Assembly (NCBI GenBank): GCA_977017645.1
Contig: OZ360228.1
Span: 30,752,001-30,816,000, forward strand
DNA: 64,000 bases
Direction: 5' to 3'
Source: Torpedo marmorata
Taxonomy: Eukaryota
Shown one piece after another: positions 13,519 to 26,944 of this stretch. How positions within the stretch are numbered: position 1 is the first letter of the stretch; each line of letters starts with the position of its first letter. A model generated the notes under the pieces. It was not told the DNA's origin. It searched no databases and saw only the letters and a program-made list of their open reading frames with translations. The translations under genes and the position numbers were made by a program.

Positions 13519-15299
13519 GAAAATGTGATCTGAGTTATTATGCTTGGCAGAATAGTTTTCACTGTCTATATTCTGTTCATGTGTTAATGGGTTGTGCGCT
13601 CGCACCATGAGCTATATTTCAACGGATAGTCCTTGTCTCCCAGTCATCACCTGTTGATTTGTTGTGGTGGCTCAGTTGGAGCTGATGCACAGGTCTGGAG
13701 CATAGTTGAGGCATTATAACAGGATATTACTGCCTGTTGAGAGCTGATTCTGCTGTAGTGCAGACATGCCATGCAGAAGCATGTATGTCTGTGTTGTGTT
13801 GTGTGGATGGCACCCTGCCCTATGAGTGTGATTGTTCAAAAGGCCAGTGCTCTTTACACCTGCTAGTCTCTGGCAAGAAAGAGTGAAATATTGTCAGCTC
13901 TTCTTTATTTGCCATTCAGCCTGACACACATAACAAGTGGGCTTTGGCACCTGAAATACCATATTTGTCTCTGAATTCATTTTCACCCGAGATCCATCCC
14001 TCAGATGTTCCGTGCATAATTAGTGGAATTCATGGTCTTGTTCTTGTGCACAAGGCAAACTGTTTACACTATGTTTGCAATAATACTATGCAGTGGGATT
14101 TATGTAGAATTGATTTGCTTCTGTAATCCTCAAGTCTGAACTGTAATTTTGTAAAGTTGCTCCATCATTAACTGAAATATGAAGAAATTTCAGACGGCGA
14201 CAATAAATTGTCACACAGCAGAATTGTAAGACATATTCAACATCTGAGACCATTTGACTTCTATGGCAGTTTTTCCCCTGAGAAAACTTGTATTCTATAG
14301 ACTGTTGCCAAGAACTTTAGTGAGCTCTTTTAGTTCCATGAGATCAACGTCACAAAGAAGCAGGGAATAAGAAATTTACTGATAGCTGCCAACAATTCCT
14401 TTGAAGTTAGTATTAGCTGAAAAAGCCTCAAATCCAAAAAAAAATCTGTGCTAATTTTGATCTTAGATCCATATGCCTGGCAGTTTTAATTAGTGTATTA
14501 GCAAGCATTTCCCTAGGATTCCTAAATCCAAGAAAACCTTCATCTAAATAAATTATTGATTGAAAGGTGGAATATAAAATATGCACAATAATGCATGTGG
14601 AAGTATTGGAAGGCTAAATTGCATTTATTTTAACGCAAGGAGCCTGATTAGTAAGGTTGATGAACTTAGAGCATTAATGTGACATTGTTGCATAATTTGA
14701 GACATGGGTGAAGGGTTGTGGGAAATGAAACAAGGGAACAAGGGAACTCAGCATTGCAAAATTTAGATGTTTCAGGTGTGGTGGCGAGGGGGAGGATGTA
14801 AACGAGGAGGACGCTGGATTATTGATCAAGGGGACCATCGCTGCATTAGGGACAAAATCGAAGGCTCTTGAAAAGAGGACATAGAGCTCAGAAATAAAGG
14901 ATGATATTTCTGGGATTTATTTCAAGCATCCCATTGAGATAAAGGAGTACTCATGGAGACAAGTCACAGGTAGCTGCTTCACCTGGATGGATTGTTCGGG
15001 TCATGAAACAATAACCCTCGAGATCTGAAACCAAAATCTGAAAATGCTGATTCATCCCTTTTTTTTAGCATGGAAGACCTATTATTATTATGGACCATAT
15101 TCAAATTTTGTCCCAATGCTTCAGTGCTTGCAACATGAGCCTCGAGATCATTACAGAAATTAGTGTAAATAACGGAACTGTGACTGTGGTTGATCCTGGA
15201 GAACAACTTGATCCCAAATAAAGAGGGATTGATGTGAAACAAGATGGATCTCTGTCTTGATGAAGAGTTCCAACCCGAAACATTGACCGACCATTCTTA

Positions 15300-15760
15300 C
15301 CCACTATAAAAGTACAAGAATGCTGGAGGAACTCAGCAGGTCTCACAATGTCCATAGGAGGTAACGATATATAACCAACATTTCAGGCCTGAGTCCTTCT
15401 TCAAGGTATAATCAAAAAGCAGGCAGGTGCCTGAATAAAATGGCTGGGGAGAAGGGAAGAAAGGGCAGGGGAGGAGCACAGGTCAACAGACAAAAGGTGA
15501 TAATTGGACATGGATGGGAGGACAGGAGAGGAAAGGTGAGAATTGATTAAGGGAGGGGGTGGCTCTGTGAATGAAGAGCTGGGGGAAAGGAGACAGCGAA
15601 AGGGGAAAAGAGAGAGATAGAGCTAAAGGAAAGGAGAAAAAGGGATTGGGGGGGGATTAACGGAAACAGTTATGTTTATGCCATCCGGTTGGAGGGTGCC
15701 CAGATGGACTATGAGGTGTTGTTCCTCCAATTTGCGGGTAGTCTCAGTCTGGCAGTGAAT
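15300..15760 (-). mobile_element. Penelope-like 3' fragment
   Basis: Reverse complement of the TRKLEEQHLI..GTLQPDG end, purine-rich tail, hammerhead-like motif at ~15378-15408. Confidence 0.7.
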
Positions 15761-16124
15761 ATCTAGAATAACGTTACAGTAAATTGGGGTTTTGCAGTTC
15801 AATTTTCCTTACCACCTCATTTAATCATGATAACAATAATTACAATGGTCCCAGTGTTTAATTTAAAACCATATTTAAAGGCTTCTATGCAGACAGGAAC
15901 ATGAATTTCATTTCACCCTTTTCAGATCAAGAGTATGCAGGGAAATTCTGCTTCTGCATCTCTCTTTTTGATGCAATTTCTTTCTCAGCCTCTGTTGGAA
16001 CAAGGGCATCCACTGGATTCCTACAAGGCTTACAAAATGCAGTTATGATCATGAATTTTCTAATAAAGCATTAATTGGGTACATGAGTGTTTTCTCATCA
16101 TACTTCTGAAACAGTTTAGAGAGC

Positions 16125-16805
16125 TGTTGGAACCTGTAACCTGCCACACTCCAGTGTACCTGGGCGTATGCCATCCCTTGTGCTTATAGTGACTTCAATC
16201 CAACAAATAGTCACTTGGAGACTAGGTGAGACACTTGTTCTTGACGCGTTTCAATTAATTTACTAACAAGTCCAATATGTTAAAAAAACTTTATTTACAC
16301 ACGTGACTTGCAGCAATCTTCAATGACTTAAGTATCTTCTTTAAATGAAATATAAACAATTTTTGATAACGATGTCCAATAAAATCCTTTCAACGATTCC
16401 TTTGACTGTATTTAAATGTTCAATGAAATGATTTTAAAGACTTTAAACCATCAATGAAACGAGTTTAAACGTGTTTAAATGTTCAATGAAACGGTCAATA
16501 AAAAATATGGCCATCTCACTCACCCTCCTCCGTCACCATATTTTCCTATTCCTTTTCCCGATTCGCGCATGCTCAATGCGCATATTCCACCGCGCATACT
16601 CCACCGCGCATACTCCACTGCGCACACTCCACCGCGCACGCTGCCATCAATTCCCAGCTGCGCATGCGCCCGTCGGCACTCTAGCACATGCGCAGAGTAC
16701 TAAATAGGCCTAGCATGGCCTACAAACACCGCAACTCCTCCGCAACCCGCCGAGAACATTGGAGCGCCGCGACCAAGGTAAGTAATTAAGCTTACGGTTC
16801 TTACA
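16125..16805. mobile_element. Probable solo LTR with CpG-rich, NRF1-motif-containing segment
   Basis: Starts TGTTGGAACC, ends GGTTCTTACA (8/10 inverted match); flanks gagc/gtgc (imperfect 4-bp TSD); internal short tandem repeats ccaccgcgcatact. Confidence 0.55.
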
Positions 16806-17925
16806 GTGCTGTTTCAAGAATTCTTGCATTAATGAACTCGACCAAATATTCCCTCTGGCACAACTTTCCTTCACAATAAAAACAAATACATTGTTTGGAG
16901 CACTGTCAAAAAACCACAGTTTTCAAGTTTTGATTGGGTTCCCCGGTTGCAACATAACCTGAGAAAACACTCGATTTCTTCCTTGCCCCTTCTGGTTTAA
17001 CTTGAATCATTCCCCATTTGATATTCCACAATGTTTTTGACTAATCCTTATGTTATTTTGTAAACGCATTTCAGTGACACAAACTGTCAGGTTCAGAGAA
17101 TCAACTGTGTAAAAAGAAGCCGGGTTTGAATTCAACTGTCAACAGTACATCAGGCAGGGTTGTGGGACTGAACAGAAATGTAGTAAATGTCGTCACAAAC
17201 AGATTTTCTGTTGAGAAAATATCAAATGTTTCCACATTTGGAGTCAAGACTAGTTAACTTCTTAGATTGTCCAAGCAGTTTTAATATTTAGTTATATTTA
17301 TTTCAATCCGAACATCCTGGAAGCAACTTTGAACATTCTTGGTGAGTGAATTGGTGGCAAGAGTCAAGCTTACAGAAGTTACCACACAACAACTGAAGCC
17401 TCAGACCTCGTTTTAAAACAACCCAAAACATGAAGCAAATCATGGTGTATTGATGAATCACTTTGTGACAATTTTGGAAAAGTATTCTGAACTAGCTATG
17501 TTCAAAGTTCAGATTTATTATCAGAGTACATACATGACATCACATGTGGTGAAGTTTAAGAAATTCCAATTTTTAAATGAAAAGTTGCCTCTTTGTGAAT
17601 TGTGATGTCTATCCTGCTGGCACTTGAGACCATCATAATCAATCCATGCATTTGGACCAGAACGTCACTATTAGAGCTAATCAATAATATGAGGCAATTT
17701 GGTGCTTGGTCTCACTGTTATTTTTTGTGATTTAATATTTCTGAGTGAAAATCTCTAAGCTTCATGGTAAATGATTCATTGGCATTTTTGACGTTGCACT
17801 ATTGACATTGGAACAAAAATCACGAAGTTCCTATGTGAACCTCGAACTGCTTCATGCCCACTGTAGAAAGTTAATGTCACATTTAAAATTGAAAATATCT
17901 GCAAATCGTGTTTTCCAGATTTTTT

Positions 17926-19870
17926 TTTTTTTTAAATATTTTTATTGAGTTTCAACAATAAAAATGTATACAGAGTAACAGAATCAAGAAAAACATTCAA
18001 AAAATCAGCTGGTATTCATACATGTATATATATATATATTAAAAAAACTAAGTAAATTGTCGTAACTAAATTCTGAATATAGGTTAAAACTCTAGTTCCG
18101 TATAATTATCTTAAAAAAACAATTGAAAATAAAATTAAAAAAGACAAAAAACACTAATAACTAATCTATTTTAACCCCTCCCTCTAAGAAAGGTTATCTT
18201 GATGTTGGAAAAAAGAAGGAAAAGAACAAAAAAAAAGGTATGGATCCTGAAGCGACCTCCAAGCATCGGACAGAGACTCCTTGGGATAGTCAGTTTTGTT
18301 AAGAACATAAGAAATTAGGAACAGGAGTAGGCCAACCGGCCCATCGAGCCTGCTCCGCCATTCAATAACATCATGGCTGATCTGATCAATGACCTAACTC
18401 CACCTACCTGCCCTTTCCCCATATCCCCTAATTCCTTTTTTATGTAAAAATCTATCCAACTGAACCTTAAATATGTTCAATGAAGTAGCCTCAACCGCTT
18501 CCCTGGGTAGAGAATTCCACAAATTCACCACTCTCTGGGAAAAACTGTTTTTCCTCATCTCTGTCCTAAATCTACTCCCCCGAATCTTGAGGCTGTGTCC
18601 CCTAGTTTTGGTCTCACTGCCAGTGAAAAAAACCTTCCTACCTCTATCCTATCCATCCCCTTCATAATTCTATATGTTTCTATAAGATCTCCTCTCATTC
18701 TTCTGAACTCGAGCGAGTATAATCCCAGACGATTTAATCTTTCATCATAAGTCAACCCCTTCATCTCAGGGATCAACCTAGTAAACCTCCTCTGGACTGC
18801 CTCCAAGGCCTGTATATCCTTCCTCAAATATGGAGACCAGAACTGCACACAGTACTCCAGGTGTGGTCTCACTAGTACCTTGTACAGTTGCAACATTACC
18901 TCCCTGCTCCTGAATTCAATTCCTCTAGCGATGAAGGCCAACATTCCATTTGCCTTCTTAATAACCTGCTGCACCTGCAACCCAACTTTTTGCGATTCGT
19001 GCACAAGCACTCCCAAGTCCTTCTGCACAACAGCATGCTGCAGTTTTTCACCACTTAAATAATACTCTGCTCTTTTATTTTTCTTGCCAAAGTGAATAAC
19101 CTTGCACTTACTAACATTGCACTCCATCTGCCAGACCTTTGCCCACTCACCTAACTTAACTACCGGTATATCCCTCTGCAGCCTCTCTACATCCTTCTTC
19201 CAATCATGATAGTATTCAATGATTGGCCCCCAGATCTTTAAAAATTGAAACTTTCTATCTTTAATATTATATCTAATTTTCTCCAAACTCAGATAGGACA
19301 TTACATCTAATAACCACTGTCTATGAGTCGGTGACAACTCATCTTTCCATTTCAATAAAATTGCTCCTCTGGCAATCAACCTGGAAAAAGCTAAAACTTT
19401 TTCCTGTGATGCAGACAAAGGTATGTTAAGTTCACGTGAAAAACCAAACAGAGCAATTATAGGACATGGTTCAATATTAATCTTAAAATCAATGATAAAG
19501 ATTTAAAAATATCCTTCCAAAATCTCTCCAAATTGGGGCAGTCCCAAAACATATGTATCAGTGAAACTTCAAAACTTCAAAAAATTTTACATCTCTCACA
19601 CAATGTGATAGTTTAAGTTTAGACATTCTATGTACCACTTTAAATTGTAGTAAACAGTGTCTAGTACAAAAAGATGAGGCGTTAAGAGCATTATACCAAT
19701 CTTGATCTGAAAACGTAACATTCAAATCACGTTCCCATTCATTCTTGATCCCTGTCATAGAAGCTACTCTGATTTCCAATAAATTATTATATATACATGA
19801 TGTTAATCCACGTTGGAAAAAGAACCGTATATTAAAAAGTAAATCGAGAAAATTAGAACTTAAAATTTGA
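17926..19870 (-). mobile_element. L1-like LINE 3' portion, interrupted by CR1
   Basis: Poly-T (tail) at ~17920-17933; ORF2 C-terminal motifs LLQFKVVHR, LEKIRY..FLKIWGP; TSD gttttccagatttttt (~17910-17925 / 19871-19886). Confidence 0.85.
18301..19195 (-). mobile_element. Young 5'-truncated CR1 nested in L1
   Basis: [15 protein letters not shown]; nearly identical to the copy at 39805-40795. Confidence 0.9.
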
Positions 19871-20192
19871 GTTTTCCAGATTTTTTAATGTCTCCAATAC
19901 GTGCACATTGAATGCTTTTTTTTGAGAAGTTGATTCTGGGATTGTTTACTGAATTTATATTGTACTGAATGACCAGATCATTTATGGACACCAAGCACGG
20001 ATACATCAAATCAGCAATCATCAAGCTTTAAGGTCAAGATACAGCTCCCAGCATACATTAGCTAATTACTCTGTGGCATCAAAAAATGAATTCCCAACAT
20101 CTGAAGCTAATGTGTGAACCAAGGGATAATCCATTTATTTCCTCTTTTTTTTTAAATGCATGGTTGTATGGTATCACATATCCAGCGATATA

Positions 20193-20911
20193 CAGGTAGT
20201 CCTCGACTTACAACCTACGCGACTTACGTCCACCCGCATACACTACCAAAATTTTTTTGTGTATTAAAAGTACTGTATATATGTTGAGATTCTTTATTGG
20301 AGTATTTACTTGAAGTTCATAAAAATCACATCGCGAAAAAAGCAGGGTCGCGCTAAATCGGGGTTTCAATAAAGCGTTGTAACAGTTGAAATTAAAACAC
20401 AGATCAATGGCTGTCTTCGTTACCCATAATCCCCCACACAGCTGGAACCGCTCTGCATTTCCCTGGCGCTGGCACTGGCAGAGCGGTTCCAGCTGCATGG
20501 GGGATTATGGGTAACGAAGACGGCCATTGATCTGTGTTTTAATTTCGAAGACATGTTCGGGGCATCGGGAGCTCGGATGGACGGGCGGCCAGGCAAGGAT
20601 CCGCGGTTGGGGGCGTCGGGAGCTCCGGTGGGCGGGTGGCCGAGGCGTCCGGAGCTCGCATGGGTGGGCGGTTGGGGCGTCTGGAGCTCGGATGGGTGAG
20701 CTGTTCCATAAGGATGGGTTTCCCTTGAACTAGCTAGGACCAGAATCCAAGTAAATACACCAAGTAGAGCTGGAAACAAGGCTTTAAACTGAAAATAATG
20801 TTGGTGGGGGTGGTAGCAGATATGCGCGGCAGGATGAACAAGACTTACGACCAATCCGAGTTACGACCACTCCTTCGGTCCCCATTACGGTCGTAAGTCG
20901 AGGACTACCTG
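20193..20911. mobile_element. Non-autonomous pogo/Tigger-type DNA transposon (MITE) with internal hairpin and GC-rich minisatellite
   Basis: TIRs CAGGTAGTCCTCGACTTAC / GTAAGTCGAGGACTACCTG flanked by TA (20191-20192, 20912-20913). Confidence 0.9.
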
Positions 20912-21734
20912 TAGAAGAGAAAAAGGAACATGCACCAGATGGTCAAACTCCAGCTAAAGCCAGAAGCTCCTGAAACTTCATATTGTCCAGAGATGGCTAC
21001 AAAGGACAAAAAGATGTGCGTGTGTTTTATGATCATTCAGCAGTCATCCACAAACAGTAGCTTGAAGATGGATGGATGAGTGGTCATAAGCTGAATTGGC
21101 AGGAATGACATACGTCACATGCTCTGGTTGCACTTGTCAGATCTAAGATTCCAAAAGCCCCAGGACAGTGGCTGTAAATGTTCCAATGAAAATATGCAAG
21201 GATTGAGCAAATCATTGACAGGTGGCTCTCTTTCCCTATCCTCCTTTCCTCCAGCTTCCCACCTCTTCCCTTCCTTCTCCCCCATCACTTCAGCTTTCTC
21301 TTCCACCCTCCCACTTGCACACCTATTACCAGTTATCTGTTAGTCTATGTTGCTCCCACTTTCCCTTCCTCCCTCCTCTCCTCTCCCCCTCCCCCCTACG
21401 TTTTTATTCAGGCATCTGTCGGGAATGGTTCCAGAGAATTGGGAAATTGTAAATGCCTCTCCACTCTTTAAGGCAAAAGACAGGAAATCATAGGCCAGTT
21501 TTAGAATCAAAATCTGGTTTATTGTCATGAACATGTGTCACGAAATTTGTTGTTTTGCGGCAGTCGTATTGTGCATTACAGGCGCAAAATTGCTATAAAT
21601 TACAATTCCGTAGTTTTAAAATAAATACATTAGTGCAAAAAAGAGAAAAAAGTGAGGTAGCGTCTATAGATTCATTATATGTTAAGAAATCTGATGGTGG
21701 AGAGGAAGAATCTGCCTTTGTAACGTTGAGTGTG

Positions 21735-22950
21735 CGTCTTCAGGCTCCTGTACCTCCTTCCTGATGGTAGCAGTGAGAAAAAGGCATGGCCTGGGTGGTG
21801 AGGGTCCTTGATGATAGAGGCTGCTTTTTTGAGACATCACCTTTGAAGATGCCCTTAATGGAGTGAAGACTAATGCCCATGATGGTGCTGGCTGAGTTTA
21901 CAACACTCTAGTCTTTTCTTGTCCTGTGCATTGGCACCTCCATACCAGACAGTGAAGCAACCAGTCAGAATGCACTCCACGGTACTCCTGTAGAAATTTG
22001 CAAGTCTTTGGTGATATACCAAATCTCCTCAAACTCCTAGCAAAGTATAGCCACTGGCGAGCCTTCTTCATGATTGCATTGACATGATGGTCCCAACCGG
22101 GATGCGAGAGGGTGCCGAGGGTGCTGAAGGGTTCCTAATCATATCGGAGGTTCAGATCTGGAGCTCGGATTGCCGATGGTTTGGACTGGACTCTGTGTGG
22201 CTGCAGAGGCTGCGGGAGCGCTGGGGCGAATCCATGGGGGGGAACTCTCTTGCTTTTCTTTCTCTGACTGTAAGTGGCAATTCAGGCAATTTCTGCCGAT
22301 GACGAATCTGTCTGCCTTACAGTAGACAAAAGCAATTTTGTGTAATATGACACTGTTTTTATTACATGAAAATAAATTGAATCTTGAATCTTGGATAGAT
22401 CTTCAGAGATGTTGACACCCAGGAATTTTAAGTTCTTTACCCTTTCCACTGCTGACCCCTCGATGAGGACTGGTTTGTGTTCTCCTGGCTTCCCCTTCCT
22501 GAAGTCCACAATCAGTTCCTTAGTTTTGCTAACGTTGAGTGCAAGGTTGTTGTTGTGACACCACTCAACTAGCTGATCTATCTCACTCCTGTACGCTTCT
22601 CCATTGCCGTCTGTGATTCTGCCGATAACCGTGGTGTCAGTGAGGCGAAGATGTTGTTACCGATCCGCACTGACTGTGGTCTTCTGATGGGGAAGTCAAG
22701 GATTCAGTTGCAGAGGGAGGTGCAGAGGCCCAGGTTTTAATACTTGCTGCTGACCAGTACTGAGGGGATAATGGTGTTGAAAGCTGAGCTGTAATCATTG
22801 AAAAGCAGCCTGATGTACATGTTGCTGTTGTCCAGGTGATCCAGGGCTGTGGGAGAACCAGTGAGATTGCATCTGCTGTGGAACGATTGTGGTGGTGGGC
22901 AAATTGCTGTGGGTCCAGGTCTTTGGTACGAGTTAATTCTGGCCATGACC
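21735..22950 (-). mobile_element. Rex1/Babar-like LINE fragment with a ~300-bp nested insert (~22095-22392, (gaatctt)2 tail)
   Basis: [14 protein letters not shown]; VDFRKGK..VERVKNLKFLGVNISEDL. Confidence 0.75.
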
Positions 22951-22959
22951 AATTAGCCT

Positions 22960-24000
22960 AAGACCAGACCTCAGTCAGTGCAGATTGACAAAAACGTCTC
23001 CTCCACAATCTCCATCAGCTCCGGAGCACCACAGTGTTGCTAACTTAGCCCCCTGCTCTACACACTCTACATCTATGACTCAGTGCAACAACAACAACAC
23101 CATATACAAGTTTGCTGATAATACCACAGTAGTGGGCTGTATAAAAGGGAGCGATGAGTCAGCATACAGGGGAGAGATTGAAACCTTGGCTGAATGGTCT
23201 ACCAACAACAACCTCGCACTCAATGTCACGAAGACCAAGGAGCTGATTGTAGACTTTGGGAAAGGAAAACCAGAGGTATACGATCCTGTGATCATTGGGG
23301 TATCAGAAGTGGAGAGGGTCAGCAACTTTAAATTCTGGTGGGTCACTATCTCAGAGAACCTGCCCTGGACCCATCATATCAATGCCAATGTGAAAAAAGC
23401 TCGTCAGCGCCTCTACTTCCAAAGGAGTTTGCGGAAGTTCATTATGCCATCAGAAATCTTGGCAAACTTATACAAATGTGTAGTGGAAAGTGTGCTTACC
23501 GGTTGCATCATGGCCTGGAATGGGGACACCAATACCTCCGAGCAGAAAATCCTGCAAAAGGTAGTGGACACAGCCCTGTACATCACAGGCAAAACTCTCC
23601 CCACCATCAAAAAAATCTACATGTAACGTTGCAGTTGGAGAGCAGCATCAATCATCAAATATTCACATCACCCAGGACATGCTCTGTTCTCGCTGCTGCC
23701 ATCAGGAAAGAGGTATGGGTGCCACAGGACCCCATACCACTAGGTTCAGGAATAGTTGCTACCCCGCAACCATCGGACTCCTGAACAATAGACTAATTCC
23801 GAAACTCATTTAAGGATGTATTTTTCTCATTATTTAATTCTGTATATTTGCACAGTTTGTTTACAGTTCCTTCTTTCGTTGAGTACAGTTTACAGTTACC
23901 GGTTATTAGAAATTCTGTCTGTCCCGCAGACCAGCAATCTCAGGGTTGTATGTGATGTAATGTATGTTCTCTTTCAATAAACTTGAACTTTAAACTTTGA
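22960..24000 (+). mobile_element. Rex1/Babar-like LINE 3' half
   Basis: YKFADNTTVVG..ESAYR..ELIVDF..KKARQRLYF; 3' tail ..caataaacttgaactt also seen at ~11007-11093 and (reverse) 11881-11970. Confidence 0.8.
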
Positions 24001-24004
24001 ACTA

Positions 24005-24553
24005 ACCAGTAGTTGACAAGATTCTGGAGTCCATTATTAAGGAAATTGTTTTGGAACACATGATAAAATAGGCCAAAATCAGCATGGTTTCCTTCAGGGG
24101 AGATCGTGCCTGCCAAATCTGCTGGAGTTCTTTGAGGATGTAACAAGCAGGTCAGACAGAGGAGAGTTGGTGGATGTTGTGTATTTGGATTTTCAGAAGC
24201 CTTTCACAAGGTGCCGCACATGAGGCTGCTGAACAAAATAGGAGCCCATGGTGTTATGGGAAAGGTACTAGCATGGATAGAAGATTGGCTGACTGGCAAA
24301 AGGCAAAGAGTCGGAATAAAGGGGGCCTTTTCTGTCTGGCTGCTGGTAACTAATGGTGTTCCGCAGGTGTCGGTATTGGCTCTGTACTTTACACGCTGCA
24401 TGTGAATGAGTTAGATGACTGAATTGATAGCTTAGTGACCAAGTTTTCGGATGATATGATGATAAGTGGAGGGGTGAGAAGTATTGAGGAAGTAGGGAGT
24501 CTGCAGAGGATCTTGGATAGGTTGGGAGAATGTGCAAAGAAGTGGCAGATGCA
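24005..24553 (+). mobile_element. CR1 RT fragment
   Basis: PHMRLLNKI..WIEDWLTGKRQRV..GVPQ. Confidence 0.75.
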
Positions 24554-26944
24554 GTATGTGGATAGTCAGGGAAGCCAATAGTATCCCTCGCGACTTCACC
24601 TGTGAGAAGTGCAACCAGCTGCAGCTCCTTACAAACCATGTTAGGGACCATTATGGGTACTATTGAGGGGGACGACCTACCAGAGACAAGCCAAGGCGCT
24701 CAGGACTCTGACATGGAGCCTGGCCTTGTGACTAAGAAGGGAAGAGAGGAGCAGAGGTGAGCTGCAGTGATAGCTAGGGGAACAGATATCTGTGGAAGAA
24801 ATCGAGAATCCCAGATGGTATGTTGCCTCCCAGGTATCAGGGTCCAGGAAATCTCAGATTGAGTTCATGGCATTCCCAAGAGGGAGGGTGAGCAGCCAGG
24901 TGTAGGGACGAATGACATGGGTAGGCAGGGTGATGAGGTCCTACAAAGAGGGTTCAGGGAGTTAGGCACTAAGTTGAAGGACAGGATCTCTAGGGTTGTG
25001 ATCTCAGGATTTCTACCCGTGCCACGTGCTAGTGAGGTTAGAAATAGGAGGATAATGCATCTTAATACGTGGCTAAAGATATAGTGCAGGAGGGAGGGCT
25101 TCAGATTTCTGGATCATTGGGCTCTCTTCCATGGAAGGTGAGACCTGTACCAGCAGGACGGTTTGCATCTGAAATGGAGAGGGACCAATATCCTTGCGGG
25201 AATGTTTACTAGTGCTGCTCCGTGGGGTTTAAACTAGATTTGCAGGAGGATAGGAACCAGAGTGCCAGAGCAGATAGAGGAGTGGGGGTGGAAAAAGAAT
25301 ATGTTAAGACTGCGTACAAAGACAGGAATGAAAGGATTGTACATGCTGGGGATAATGTTCTGAGGTATGTCTATTTCAATGCAAGGATATTGTAGGGAAG
25401 GCAGACGATCTTAGAGCGTGGATTGGCACGTGGAATTATGAAATTATGGCCATTAGTGAAATTTCATTGCAGGAGGGGCAGGACTGGTAGTTCAACGTTC
25501 CAGGATTCCATTGTTTCAGGCATGATAAAGGGGGAGGGGTGAAAGAGGGGTGGCATTGCTAGTCAGGGAAAATGTCACAGCAGTGCTCAGATTGGACAAA
25601 CTAGAGAGCTCGTCTACTGAGGATATATGGATGGAGCTGAGGAACGGGAAAGGTATGACCACATTAATAGTGTTGTATTATAGACCACCCAATAGTCAGT
25701 GAGAATCGGAGGAGCAAATCTGCAGAGAGTTAGCAGACAGCTGCAGGAAACATAAGGTTGTGATAGTAGGTGATTTTAACTTTCCACATATTGACTGGGA
25801 TTCCCATACTGTAAAAGGGCTGGATGGCTTGGAGTTTGTCAAGTGTGTTCAGGAAAGTTTTCTAAATCAATATATAGAGGTACCAACTAGAGAGAGTGCA
25901 ATACTAGATTTCCTGTGAGGGAACAAGGTCAAGTGGCGGAAGTGTGTGTTGGGGAACACTTTGGGTCCAGTGATCATAATGCCATTAGTTTAGATATAAT
26001 TATGGATCAGGATAGGTCTGGTCCTCGAGTTGAGATTCTAAATTACCGAATGGCCAATTTTGAGGAAACAAAAAAGGATCAAGAAAGCATGGATCAGGAC
26101 AGGTTGTTTTCTGGCAAGGATGTGCTTGTTAAGTGAGAGGCCTTCAAAGGTGAAATGTTAAGAGTACGGAGTTTGTATGTTCCTGTCATGATTAAAGGCA
26201 AATTTAACAGGCAGAGCGAACCTTTTTTTTCGAGGGATATTGGGAATTTGGTTAAGAAGAGAAAGGTGTTTTGCAGGTATAGGCAACAAGAAGCAAATGA
26301 GGCACTTGAGGAGTATAAAAAATGCAAGAAAAAGCTTAAAGAAATCAAGAAGGCTATATTCAGAGCAAAAGGATAGTAAGGGACAAATCAGTCCTCTTGA
26401 AGATTGAAGACTGATTGGCCAAAAGAGATGGGGAGATCTTAAATAGGTTTTTTGCATCTGTATTTACTCAGGAAACTGGCACAGAGTCCTTGCAGTGAGG
26501 TCAAGGAACCTGTACAGATTAAAGAGGAGGAGGTGTTTGCTGTCTTAAAGCTAATAAAGGTGGATAAATCCCCAAGGCCTGACAAGGTATTTCATCGGAC
26601 CTTGAGTAAGGCAAGTGTAGAAATTGCAGGGGCCCTGGTGTGCCCTTTAACATGCCCTTAGCCACAGGTGAGATGCCAGAGGATTGGAGGGTCTTCACGT
26701 TGTTCCATTGTTTCTGAAAAGTCTCTAAAAATAATCTGGAAAATTATAGGCCGATAAGCTTGATGTCAGTAGTAGGTAAGTTAATGGAAGGTGTTCTAAG
26801 AGATCGGATATACAAGTATTTGGATGAACAGGGACTGATTAGAGATAGTCAGCATGGCTTGTATGTGGTAGGTCATGTTTAACCAATCATACAGAGCTTT
26901 TCGAGGAGGTTACCATGAAAATTTATGAGGAAAGGTTGTGGATC

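Noticed and set aside
21735-24000. Head-to-head Rex/Babar LINEs as a twin-priming inversion
   Set aside because: The halves overlap in RT coverage and differ substantially in sequence; more likely independent insertions; no shared TSD found
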